DNA of 64,000 nucleotides, from contig CAWGRW010000009.1 of the NCBI GenBank assembly GCA_963825135.1, forward strand, positions 1,696,001 to 1,760,000. The letters are read 5' to 3'. Position numbers and translations under genes: made by a program. The notes under the pieces were generated by a model that was given only the letters and a program-made list of their open reading frames with translations, was not told the DNA's origin and ran no database searches. Below, piece after piece: positions 9,620 through 18,714 of this stretch (its first letter is position 1; every line of letters begins with the position of its first letter). Source of the stretch: an uncultured bacterium (GTDB lineage: Bacteria > Desulfobacterota_D > UBA1144 > Nemesobacterales > UBA2774).

Positions 9620-10306
9620 TTATTTTATCCTCTTCAAATAGCCGGTCCCCAGATTATCCATCTGACCGATTATCCACGCCTGCCGTTCGAGCACGTACCG
9701 GGAGGGGTTGACGGGGGACATGCGTACGGGGTTCGGAAGTACGGCCGCTATCAGAGCGGATTCCTCTTCGGTGAGGTTCCCGGCCGATTCTCCGAAATAA
9801 ATCTTACTCGCTTTCCCGACGCCGTATACGCCCCTTCCCGTCTCTATCACGTTCAAGTACACCTCGAGAATTCTTTTCTTGCTCCATAGCTTTTCGATGA
9901 GGAACGTGAAATAGGCCTCGGCGGCCTTTCTCATCCAGCTCCTCGACGGCCAGAGGAATACGTTCTTCGCGGTCTGCTGGCTTATCGTGCTCGCCCCCCT
10001 GAGCCTGTCTCCGCCTATCTTGTCGTCTATAGCGCTTTTAATTGACTCTATATCGAACCCCTCGTGTAAGGGGAATTTCTGGTCCTCCGCGGCGATTACC
10101 GCGAGCTTCATGTAATTCGAGATTCTCGCGTAATCTCTCCACTCCTTTCTTATCGCCCTGCCGTCTTTGAAGTGCTCTATGACCATGAGGGGCGTAAGCG
10201 GGGGGTTCACGTACCTGTAGAGCGCCGCCCAGGCTATGGTCGCGAGGATAATCAGCAGGACCGTTTTTAGTATAAATTTAATTACTCCGAGGAGAAATTT
10301 TCTCAT
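9620..10306 (-). CDS. mtgA: Monofunctional biosynthetic peptidoglycan transglycosylase
   Basis: N-terminal TM; AAEDQKFPLHEGFD, RGASTISQQTAKNVFLW, KKRILEVYLN. Confidence 0.95.
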   Translation of the reverse strand: MRKFLLGVIKFILKTVLLIILATIAWAALYRYVNPPLTPLMVIEHFKDGRAIRKEWRDYARISNYMKLAVIAAEDQKFPLHEGFDIESIKSAIDDKIGGDRLRGASTISQQTAKNVFLWPSRSWMRKAAEAYFTFLIEKLWSKKRILEVYLNVIETGRGVYGVGKASKIYFGESAGNLTEEESALIAAVLPNPVRMSPVNPSRYVLERQAWIIGQMDNLGTGYLKRIK

Positions 10307-10414
10307 TTATTCGCAGTGTTCCGGGCTCTGACCGCGGCCGGCCCTGTTCTTAAGGTCTTTCGGGGAACGCATTGCATTAAACGTAACTTATAGTACAATC
10401 CCGCCGCAAATCAA

Positions 10415-10443
10415 TTGACTCTTACCGTCCTCTCATATAACCT
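10415..10443 (+). promoter_or_regulatory. Putative sigma70 promoter of gyrA
   Basis: TTGACT-N17-TAACCT, followed by AGGAGG RBS before ATG 10485. Confidence 0.55.
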
Positions 10444-10484
10444 TATTAGCCAATATTTATAGACATTTAGGAGGCCCGCAATAA

Positions 10485-12917
10485 ATGACAATGCCGTCTC
10501 AAATACTGCCTGTCAACATCGAAGACGAGATGAAGGAGTCGTATCTCAGTTATTCGATGAGCGTAATCATCGGACGTGCCCTTCCGGACGTAAGGGATGG
10601 TTTGAAGCCTGTGCACAGGCGCATCCTTTACGGGATGGAAGAGGTCGGGAACCAGTGGAACAGGCCCTATAAAAAATCGGCGAGGATAGTCGGGGACGTG
10701 ATGGGTAAGTACCATCCCCACGGGGACGCCGCAATCTACGACGCGCTCGTCAGAATGGCGCAGGACTTCTCCATGCGGTACACGCTCGTCGACGGTCAGG
10801 GCAACTTCGGCTCTATCGACGGCGACCCCCCCGCGGCGATGAGGTACACGGAGGTCAGGCTCGACAGGATAGCGAGCGAGATACTGGCCGACCTCGATAA
10901 GGAGACCGTGGATTTCGTGCCGAATTACGACGGAGGCGAGAGGGAGCCCCTCGTGCTTCCGGCCAAGATACCGAACCTGCTGTTAAACGGCTCGTCGGGC
11001 ATCGCCGTCGGGATGTCTACCAATATCCCCCCTCACAACCTGAGTGAGCTTATAGACGCGATAGCGGCGCAGGCCGCCAATCCCGACATAACTCTCGACG
11101 AGCTCATGACGCACCTCCCCGGCCCCGATTTCCCCACCGGGGGCTTCATCACGGGCAGGGCCCCGATAAGAGAGGCTTACGAGACGGGCAGGGGAATAAT
11201 ACGAATAAGGGCCAAAGCCAGGATAGAGAGACAGAAGAAGGGAGACAAGGAAATAATAATAGTCAGCGAGATCCCTTATCAGGTGAACAAGGTCAAGCTG
11301 ATCGAGCGCATAGCGGAGCTCGTCAAGGACGAGAAGATAAAAGGCATATCCGATATAAGAGACGAGTCCGACAGAGAGGGGATAAGGCTGGTCATAGATA
11401 TCAAGCGCGGCGATATCGCAGACGTCGTATTGAACCAGCTTTACAAGCACACCCAGATGGACATGTCCTTCGGCATTATCATGCTCGCGCTAGTGAGGAA
11501 CCAGCCCCGAGTGCTCCCGCTCAAGGAGACGATTACCCACTTCATCGAGCACAGGAAGGAGGTCGTGACCAGGCGCACCCAGTATGAGCTGGGCAAGGCT
11601 GAAGAGAGGCTCCATATACTGGAAGGTCTCAAGATAGCGCTCGACCACCTGGACGAGGTCATAGCCCTCATCCGCAAGTCGGCGAGCCCTCAGGAAGCGA
11701 AAGACGGGCTAATGCAGAAACTCGCGCTATCGGCCGTCCAGGCCCAGGCTATACTCGACATGAGGCTCCAGCGCCTTACTGCGCTTGAGAGGGACAAGAT
11801 ACTCGAGGAAAGGAACGAGCTCATTAACACCGTTAAGCGCCTGAAGGAAATACTCGAGCACGAGCACCTGATCCTTGGGATAGTCACCGATGAGCTGAAA
11901 GAGATAAAGGATAAGTACGGGGACGAGAGGCGGACCGAAATTCTCGAGAGCTCCGAGGAAATCTCGATAGAGGACCTCATCGCGGATGAGGACATGGTCG
12001 TAACCATTACACACGAGGGCTATGTGAAAACGACCCCGCTCAGCATATACAGGAGTCAGAGAAGAGGGGGCAAGGGGAGGACGGGCATCACGACGAAGGA
12101 GCTCGATTTCGTCGAGACCCTTTTTATAGCGTCGAAGCACAACTACGTTCTCTTCTTCACGAACCTCGGCCGGTGTTACTGGATAAAGGTCCACGAGATA
12201 CCCGAAGCGGGCCCTACCGCTAGGGGAAAAGCCCTCGTCAACCTCCTGAGCTTGTCCGAAGGCGAGAAGGTCGCCGCGGTGCTCCCGGTGAGGGAATTCA
12301 AGGAAAACCAGTACATCATCATGGCTACCCGGAAGGGAGTGGTTAAGAAAACCAAGCTCATGGCTTATTCCAACCCCCGTGTGGGCGGCATAATTGCGCT
12401 CAACATCAGAGAGGACGACGAGCTTATAGCTGCCAGGATTACGAGCGGAAAAGACGAGATACTCATCACGTCCCATTTCGGCCAGGCGATAAGGTTCGAG
12501 GAAGACGACGTGAGGGATATGGGCAGGACTGCCACGGGCGTAATCGGCATCAGGCTCGACAAAGGGGACCAGGTCGTAAGCCTGGAGGTGATAGAGAACC
12601 CCGAGGCCCAGATCCTTACCGTCACCGAAATGGGTTACGGCAAGAGGACCCTCGTATCCGCGTACAGGGTAACGGGGCGGGGAGGAAAGGGCGTAATCAC
12701 GATCAAGACCTCCGGAAGGAACGGAAGGGTCGTTGGCGCTTTTCAGGTGACTAACGATACCCAGATAATGATAATAACGACACACGGCGGGAAGGTTATC
12801 AGGATGAACGCTTCGGAGATAAGCGTATTCGGGAGAGGGACTCAGGGCGTCACGCTCATCGATCTCGAGTCCGACGAAAAGGTAGCCGCAGTGGCAAAGG
12901 TGGTGGAGAGGGATTAG
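10485..12917 (+). CDS. gyrA: DNA gyrase subunit A
   Basis: [24 protein letters not shown], catalytic AAMRYTE, GyrA-box QRRGGKG and beta-pinwheel repeats. Confidence 0.98.
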   Translation: MTMPSQILPVNIEDEMKESYLSYSMSVIIGRALPDVRDGLKPVHRRILYGMEEVGNQWNRPYKKSARIVGDVMGKYHPHGDAAIYDALVRMAQDFSMRYTLVDGQGNFGSIDGDPPAAMRYTEVRLDRIASEILADLDKETVDFVPNYDGGEREPLVLPAKIPNLLLNGSSGIAVGMSTNIPPHNLSELIDAIAAQAANPDITLDELMTHLPGPDFPTGGFITGRAPIREAYETGRGIIRIRAKARIERQKKGDKEIIIVSEIPYQVNKVKLIERIAELVKDEKIKGISDIRDESDREGIRLVIDIKRGDIADVVLNQLYKHTQMDMSFGIIMLALVRNQPRVLPLKETITHFIEHRKEVVTRRTQYELGKAEERLHILEGLKIALDHLDEVIALIRKSASPQEAKDGLMQKLALSAVQAQAILDMRLQRLTALERDKILEERNELINTVKRLKEILEHEHLILGIVTDELKEIKDKYGDERRTEILESSEEISIEDLIADEDMVVTITHEGYVKTTPLSIYRSQRRGGKGRTGITTKELDFVETLFIASKHNYVLFFTNLGRCYWIKVHEIPEAGPTARGKALVNLLSLSEGEKVAAVLPVREFKENQYIIMATRKGVVKKTKLMAYSNPRVGGIIALNIREDDELIAARITSGKDEILITSHFGQAIRFEEDDVRDMGRTATGVIGIRLDKGDQVVSLEVIENPEAQILTVTEMGYGKRTLVSAYRVTGRGGKGVITIKTSGRNGRVVGAFQVTNDTQIMIITTHGGKVIRMNASEISVFGRGTQGVTLIDLESDEKVAAVAKVVERD

Positions 12918-12955
12918 TCCGGATATTTTTTCTTTGGCATATCCCCGGCGCGCAG

Positions 12956-13447
12956 ATGATCCGCGAGATTGAAAATATATTCCTCGATTTCCCCGGGTAC
13001 GGGTGCTTCGCCTGCGACCCGCGCAATACCCACGGGCTCCGGCTCAGATTCTACGCCGACGACGAAAAGGGGGATGTCTTCACCCGCACCACGCCCGAAA
13101 AACACCTCCAGGGCTTCCCGGGGATACTACACGGGGGCATACAGTGCGCGCTCGTCGACGAAGTAGCTTTCTGGACCATGTTCGACAGGTACAAAAAGAT
13201 CGCTCTGACCGCAAAGATAGACATGGAGTTCCTGAGGCCGGTGGGGACGGCGTCGGAGCTCGAGGTGAGGGGCAGGATAGCCGGGGAGGACGGGCGTAAA
13301 GTCGGGGTCGAGGTGATTATCTATGAGCAAAACAAGGTTTGCACCAGGAGCAGGGTAGATTATATTATCCCGAAGAAAGAAGTGACCTTGAGGGTAATGG
13401 GTAAAGAGAGGTTCACCGAAAAATTCAAAAAGTACCTGGATGACTGA
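12956..13447 (+). CDS. PaaI-family (hotdog fold) thioesterase
   Basis: CFACDPRNTHGL, GFPGILHGG...LVDE. Confidence 0.88.
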   Translation: MIREIENIFLDFPGYGCFACDPRNTHGLRLRFYADDEKGDVFTRTTPEKHLQGFPGILHGGIQCALVDEVAFWTMFDRYKKIALTAKIDMEFLRPVGTASELEVRGRIAGEDGRKVGVEVIIYEQNKVCTRSRVDYIIPKKEVTLRVMGKERFTEKFKKYLDD

Positions 13448-13449
13448 CG

Positions 13450-14055
13450 ATGCTGAAACTATACGATAATCCGCTCTCCGGGAATTGCTACAAGGTCAGG
13501 CTGGCTTTGAACCAGCTCGGGGTCGAATACGAGAGAGAGTACCTCGACATATTTAAAGGAGAGCAGCACACCCGCGATTATGAATCGCTGAATCCGAACA
13601 GGAAGATACCGGTCCTCATAGACGACGGATTCCATATGTGGGAGTCAAACGCCATACTTTTATACCTGGGCAAGAAATACTCCCCTAACCGGTTATACCC
13701 GGAGGACCTCCGGGGGTTCGGCGCCATGGCTCAGTGGCTCTTTTACGGCAAGACCTCGGTCGATCCGAACCTGGCTGTAGCCAGGTACCTTATGAAATTC
13801 ATGAGCCCCGCGGATAGGGACGAAAAGAAGCTTAACGATCTCCGCGCACAGGGCGGCGGCGTGCTCAGGGTTCTCGATGCTCACCTCGAACACAAAGAAT
13901 TTCTTGCCGGGACGTATTCGATAGCTGATATAGCGTGTTACCCGTACGTAAGCCTGGCGCCCGAGGGAGGCATCGACCTTTCACCCTACCCGAGCGTAAT
14001 ATTGTGGTGCGACCGAATCAGGTCCCAGCCGGGTTATATTTCCATGGAGGATTGA
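13450..14055 (+). CDS. Glutathione S-transferase family protein
   Basis: SGNCYKVRL, NPNRKIPVL, WESNAIL, YSIADIA. Confidence 0.93.
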   Translation: MLKLYDNPLSGNCYKVRLALNQLGVEYEREYLDIFKGEQHTRDYESLNPNRKIPVLIDDGFHMWESNAILLYLGKKYSPNRLYPEDLRGFGAMAQWLFYGKTSVDPNLAVARYLMKFMSPADRDEKKLNDLRAQGGGVLRVLDAHLEHKEFLAGTYSIADIACYPYVSLAPEGGIDLSPYPSVILWCDRIRSQPGYISMED

Positions 14056-14060
14056 ACGGA

Positions 14061-14137
14061 TGGAGCGGGAAACGGGATTCGAACCCGCGACCTTCTCCTT
14101 GGCAAGGAGACGCTCTAGCCAGCTGAGCTATTCCCGC
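14061..14137 (-). tRNA. tRNA-Gly(GCC), CCA encoded
   Basis: GCGGGAATAGCTCAG...TCTCC-TTGCCAA-GGAGA...GGTTCGAATCCC...TCCCGCTCCA, 77 nt. Confidence 0.97.
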
Positions 14138-14151
14138 TTAGCAGAAGAACT

Positions 14152-14180
14152 AAGATAGCCAGGCCGGGGCTCGTTGTCAA
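14152..14180 (-). promoter_or_regulatory. sigma70 promoter of tRNA-Gly
   Basis: TTGACA-N17-TATCTT directly upstream of the tRNA. Confidence 0.65.
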
Positions 14181-14234
14181 GAAAATACGTGAATTCGGGC
14201 TCGATATTTAAAAAATATAATTTGTCGGGATTAC

Positions 14235-15377
14235 ATGAAAAAATCTGACAGAAAGTCGATTATCTCCGGGGTTAAAAGGGTTATTGTCAAAATAGGAAGC
14301 AGTGTCCTTACGGATAAGAAGGGCAGTTTGTCCGAGAGCGTTTTCGATCTCCTCGCGGGTGAGATATCCAAAATCAAGTCCCGACATATCGAGGTCGTAG
14401 TCGTATCGTCCGGGGCTATAGCGTCGGGGATGAAGAAGCTCCATATCAGCAGGAAGCCGACCGAGATATCGATGAAACAAGCTATAGCGGCCTGCGGACA
14501 GAGTACGCTCATCTGGAATTACGAAAGGGCGTTTTCGTCTTTCGGGCTTATCGTCGCGCAGATACTTATCACCCATGACGGTCTTGCGGACAGGAAGAGG
14601 TTCTTAAACGCCCGGAAGACCCTGACCACGCTCCTCGGAATGGGAATAATTCCGATCATAAACGAGAACGATACGGTGGCCGTTGAAGAAATAATGCTCG
14701 GCGACAACGATAACCTCGCGGCGCTCGTGACCTCGCTCGTGGAAGCGGACCTCCTCATACTGCTTACCGATATAGAGGGCCTCTATAACAAAGACCCCAG
14801 AATGAACAAGGACGCGGAATTCATATCCCTGATAGACCGGATAGGCGAGGAGATAGAGTCGGTCGCGGGCGATACCCTCGGCAGCACGACCACGGGAGGG
14901 ATGATAACGAAGATCCAGGCCGCAAGGGCTGCGGCCGCCTTCGGCGTGCCGACTATCATCGCAAACGGGAAATCCAAGAACACGCTAGCCGATATATTCG
15001 ACGGCAGGGATGTCGGCACTATTTTCCTCCCGTCGAAGAAGAGCCTACGCGGCAGGAAACACTGGATTGCATTTACGCTTAAGTCCTCGGGCGAGCTCGT
15101 CATAGACGGGGGAGCGGAGAAGGCCATCACGACTCAAGGCAAGAGCCTCCTCCCTTCGGGCATAAAGGACGTGCGCGGAAAGTTCGGGATCGGGGATTCG
15201 ATAACGTGCGTTGACGAGGATGGGGTCGCGGTCGCGAGGGGGCTCACGTCGTACAGCTCTGAGGAAATACGCCGGATAATGGGACGGAGCACGAAAGAGG
15301 TCGAGAGCATTCTCGGGTACAAATACAGTGATGAGGTCATCCATCGGGATGATCTGGCAGTCATTGAAAAGCGCTGA
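14235..15377 (+). CDS. proB: Glutamate 5-kinase with PUA domain
   Basis: VKIGSS, VSSGAIASG, INENDTV, GDND, TGGMITKI, C-terminal PUA (GKSLLPSGI...VIHRDDL). Confidence 0.97.
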   Translation: MKKSDRKSIISGVKRVIVKIGSSVLTDKKGSLSESVFDLLAGEISKIKSRHIEVVVVSSGAIASGMKKLHISRKPTEISMKQAIAACGQSTLIWNYERAFSSFGLIVAQILITHDGLADRKRFLNARKTLTTLLGMGIIPIINENDTVAVEEIMLGDNDNLAALVTSLVEADLLILLTDIEGLYNKDPRMNKDAEFISLIDRIGEEIESVAGDTLGSTTTGGMITKIQAARAAAAFGVPTIIANGKSKNTLADIFDGRDVGTIFLPSKKSLRGRKHWIAFTLKSSGELVIDGGAEKAITTQGKSLLPSGIKDVRGKFGIGDSITCVDEDGVAVARGLTSYSSEEIRRIMGRSTKEVESILGYKYSDEVIHRDDLAVIEKR

Positions 15378-15395
15378 TGGGTTTAATCTCTTGAA

Positions 15396-16397
15396 ATGGG
15401 TTCCGGAAAATTAAAGATAGCCTCTCTTGCGGTTCTAATAATAGCGCTACTCGGCGCTTCTGTTGCGCTCGGCGTTTACTACTACATCAACTTCATCACT
15501 TCCGTCTCTGCAGACAAAGTCGTCGACATACCTAAAGGCAAGGGCTTGAGGAAGATATCGTCGTTACTCGAGGAAAACGGGGTAATCGGCAGCCGCGACC
15601 TCTTTATGGTCTATGTAATCGGCAAAGGCTGGCAGGACAGGCTTAAAGCTGGAGAGTATGAGTTTAAAAAGGGTGATACCACGGCGAAAGTGGCCCTTAA
15701 GCTCTCGGTAGGGGACGTTATCGTCCACAAGGTCACTATCCCCGAGGGGCTCACCGTGAGGGAGACCGCGGAGCTCCTGGGCAGGAACGGCGTGCTTGAC
15801 CCGGACGAGTTCCTTGCCGCGACCCGCGACCCGAAGATACTGGACAGCCTGCCCGGACGCTCTGTCCCCGGTATCGAAGGTTATCTCTTTCCCGACACCT
15901 ATTCGTATGCCAAGGGGATAACAGCCCCGGAATTTGTCCGGATGATGGTGAGCAGGTTCAAAAAGGTGTATAGCTCGCTCGGCGGATTGAAGAACAGGGT
16001 AAACCTTACGGACAACGAGGTAATTACGCTCGCCTCCATTATTGAAAAAGAAACCGGCGCCCCTGCCGAGAGGCCGCTCGTTTCGGCTGTTTTCCATAAC
16101 CGTTTGAAGCTCGGCATGCGGCTCGAGAGCGACCCGACGGTTATCTACGGAATGGGGGAGGAATTCGACGGCGACCTTACGAGAGACGACCTGAATACTA
16201 TGACCGAGTACAACACATATCTGTTGAAAGGCCTCCCCCCCGGCCCGATCTCCAATCCCGGCAGGGAGTCGATTATCGCCGCCTTAAGCCCGGCACCCGT
16301 CGATTATATTTATTTCGTGGCGAGGGGAGACGGCACCCACTACTTCTCGAATAATTACCAGGACCACCTGAGGGCCGTATCCGAATATCAGAAATAA
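15396..16397 (+). CDS. mltG: Endolytic transglycosylase MltG (YceG)
   Basis: N-terminal TM; LKAGEY, TIPEG, EGYLFPDTY, LASIIEKET, YNTY...GLPPGPISNPG. Confidence 0.96.
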   Translation: MGSGKLKIASLAVLIIALLGASVALGVYYYINFITSVSADKVVDIPKGKGLRKISSLLEENGVIGSRDLFMVYVIGKGWQDRLKAGEYEFKKGDTTAKVALKLSVGDVIVHKVTIPEGLTVRETAELLGRNGVLDPDEFLAATRDPKILDSLPGRSVPGIEGYLFPDTYSYAKGITAPEFVRMMVSRFKKVYSSLGGLKNRVNLTDNEVITLASIIEKETGAPAERPLVSAVFHNRLKLGMRLESDPTVIYGMGEEFDGDLTRDDLNTMTEYNTYLLKGLPPGPISNPGRESIIAALSPAPVDYIYFVARGDGTHYFSNNYQDHLRAVSEYQK

Positions 16398-16401
16398 GAG
16401 G

Positions 16402-17577
16402 CTAGGAAAATACCCTGCCGAAAGGATCGACCTGCGATTTGTCTTCATTTACGGGAACAACGAGCTTGTTGTCCCTCCTCTCGATCCTTATTGTCCCGTC
16501 CTTTCTCCGTGTGGCAATGAACTGCGTCCCGCTGGTCTCGCCGGATATCCTCTGGAGTATGCGGGGATAGTTCTTTGAGCCGATGAAGATCGAGTGTATG
16601 CACACGCCTAATTTTTTTGCCCTCCCCCGTTCTTCGAGCACGTCGCAATCGCCCGAGGTCGGGATGCCGTCCGTAATAAACAGTATGTGCTTGTTCCTGA
16701 GCCCTCGCCCCCTGAATTCGGTCAGAGCGTCCTTCAACGCGTCTTCGTAATTCGTGTTTCCCGAACACTCGGTCTTGGAGGCGAGCTCCAGCATCCACTG
16801 GTAATCCCTGGTGAAGAATTTGGAGTTCCTCTTGTATTTATACGAGCGGTGGTTGAATTCCACATAGCCGACCATCATCTTTTTCGCCCTGGCGAGCTCT
16901 ACCACTCCCCTCACGACGGACGACGACCATTCGCTGTACACGCCCATCATAGACGTGCTTACGTCCCTGAGGATCGCTATCTCGCCTCCCATCATCTCTT
17001 TTTCCCGTTTATGTACCCTCGGGAGAGTCGGCGTGGTGTACTCGGACCAGAACATTACCTCAAACGGATCGACGTCCTCAACTTCGTCGAAATAATTCAT
17101 CCTCTTCCATGTCCTCGGCATTCCCCCGGGATGGGGGGCCCTCAAGGCTATGCTCCTCTGGAAATTTCCTTCGAGGACTTTCATTATTACCTTTACGTTG
17201 TCCGCGGACTCGAGGTTCCTTTTGCCGCCTATCCAGTAATCCTCTTCGTCGCCCGGGTCCGGGGACTTGCTTGCGAATACCTTGCTCGTCTTAGGGGGCT
17301 GCTTCTCGTTTCTCTTCGTACCGTCGTCAGAGAGCTGACCCTCGGGGTCAGACGGAATGTTCATATCCTCGGGCGGAGCCATGGAGCTCTCCTTCTGGAT
17401 GTTTTCCTTGAGTTCTTTTAAGGCTTGAAAGAAGGTCTTTCGGGCTTCGGTAAGCTGGTCCTGGGATTCTTTTTTCCCCCGGTCATCTGGGGAATCCTGT
17501 TTCTGCTCTTGGGGGGCGTCGTTGTCAAACTCTGATGACGGCTGCGGCTCTAGCTCGCTCCCCCTGTCCCTGTCTTT
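16402..17577 (-). CDS. Acidic linker + VWA domain frame; first ATG at 17382, but the frame is open back across the A11 slippery run (candidate C-terminal half of a frameshift fusion)
   Basis: MIDAS motif DVSTS, GNTNY, FITDG. No stop codon in this frame from 17676 down to the stop at 16402. Confidence 0.8.
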   Translation of the reverse strand, partial: KDRDRGSELEPQPSSEFDNDAPQEQKQDSPDDRGKKESQDQLTEARKTFFQALKELKENIQKESSMAPPEDMNIPSDPEGQLSDDGTKRNEKQPPKTSKVFASKSPDPGDEEDYWIGGKRNLESADNVKVIMKVLEGNFQRSIALRAPHPGGMPRTWKRMNYFDEVEDVDPFEVMFWSEYTTPTLPRVHKREKEMMGGEIAILRDVSTSMMGVYSEWSSSVVRGVVELARAKKMMVGYVEFNHRSYKYKRNSKFFTRDYQWMLELASKTECSGNTNYEDALKDALTEFRGRGLRNKHILFITDGIPTSGDCDVLEERGRAKKLGVCIHSIFIGSKNYPRILQRISGETSGTQFIATRRKDGTIRIERRDNKLVVPVNEDKSQVDPFGRVFS

Positions 17578-18512
17578 TTTTTTTTGGACGTGAGGTCCTC
17601 GATAATCTGGTCGAGCTGCAGAAACACCTCTTCGGGAATTCGGAAAGCAGTCATGTATTTCAGCGCTTTTAAGTCCTCAACCGTGCACGCGTCCCTTCCG
17701 TTGAGAAGAGCGTGCGCCCTCATTATCTTGAGTGACTTTACGAAGAACGTTCTGTCGGAAATGAGGGAATTGGTCTCGTTGCACCCATAGTCCTCTATGA
17801 GCGTCTCGACGAACCTTGCGAGCCCTTCCTGGACTTCGAGCGGTATTTCAAGACTGCCCAGTTTTTTGTAGTAATCATCGAACACTTCCCTGCTGACCCT
17901 TGCAGGTACATGGTATTCAAGGGGTCTTTGAGTATATAGCTTGATGACCTCCCTTGCCTCGTCCCATTTCTTCCCGTATGACAGGCCCTGCGCGTTTATC
18001 TGTAGGACGAACCTGTCGAGGTTGGCCGGGTCGAGGGGCTCGTTATAGTACTCGTCCGCCGTCGGGTTGGAGGTAGCGATTGCGGTCAAAAGCGGTATGT
18101 CCTCGTCAAAGAACTTTCTTTCGTTAAGAATCCTGAGGAGTACGTTCAGCGATTCGCCCGGAGCCCTGGATATATCGTCCAGGAGGCAGATCTCGGCTGT
18201 CAGAATTCCGCCCTTCACAACCTTTTGTTTTATCACTTCGCCGGTATCGGTGATTTCTTTAGAAATGACCAGGTCCCCGATCAGCTCCGAGAGCCTGGTG
18301 TCCCTGTGAAGCTGGTAGAAGAAGAATTTCAACTGTGCCGCTCCCGAGACGATTTCGGCGAGCATTGTCTTGGCCGTCCCGGGCGGTCCTTCCACATAGA
18401 TATGCTCTCTGGCTATTATGCCGAGGAGGAGCGATATCTTGACCCCCTCGTGTCCGATAACCAATTTATCCATTTCTTCTTTCAGAGCTACGAATGGATT
18501 CTGTGATGTCAT
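17550..18512 (-). CDS. MoxR/RavA-type AAA+ ATPase
   Basis: Walker A GPPGTAKT, Walker B variant LLDD, LNVLLRILNER, ATSN, R-finger LDRF, ISDRT. Confidence 0.9.
   Translation of the reverse strand: MTSQNPFVALKEEMDKLVIGHEGVKISLLLGIIAREHIYVEGPPGTAKTMLAEIVSGAAQLKFFFYQLHRDTRLSELIGDLVISKEITDTGEVIKQKVVKGGILTAEICLLDDISRAPGESLNVLLRILNERKFFDEDIPLLTAIATSNPTADEYYNEPLDPANLDRFVLQINAQGLSYGKKWDEAREVIKLYTQRPLEYHVPARVSREVFDDYYKKLGSLEIPLEVQEGLARFVETLIEDYGCNETNSLISDRTFFVKSLKIMRAHALLNGRDACTVEDLKALKYMTAFRIPEEVFLQLDQIIEDLTSKKKKTGTGGAS
17574..17585 (-). other. A11G homopolymer / A_AAA_AAG slippery site, candidate -1 recoding signal
   Basis: Minus strand reads TCC AAA AAA AAA AAG ACA in the AAA+ frame; the -1 frame gives AAA GAC AGG GAC..., which is the VWA frame. 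Confidence 0.6.
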
Positions 18513-18554
18513 TATCTGGTATTGCCTCCGTAGAATTCCTTACGCTATGGGATA

Positions 18555-18583
18555 ATTGTACATAAGCGGGTTTTTTTTTGCAA
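18555..18583 (-). promoter_or_regulatory. Putative sigma70 promoter of the AAA+/VWA locus, with an A9 tract
   Basis: TTGCAA-N17-TACAAT; A9 run (plus-strand T 18571-18579) spans the -35/spacer junction. Confidence 0.55.
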
Positions 18584-18714
18584 TAATTACCGCCCGGATG
18601 CATGTAAGCGGAGTTCTCGTGATCCGGCAAGCCGGAATCGAATTCCTGTCATTTTCAAAAATTCCTTAAATATGATAAGTTTCTAGCCTCGGCAAATCCA
18701 ACGAGGAAAAACAG

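Noticed and set aside
17550..18512. Calling the AAA+/VWA locus a Mg or Co chelatase (chlI/chlD)
   Set aside because: Motifs (GPPGTAKT, LNER, SDR) are RavA/MoxR-like rather than ChlI-like, and no chelatase large subunit or tetrapyrrole genes are nearby.
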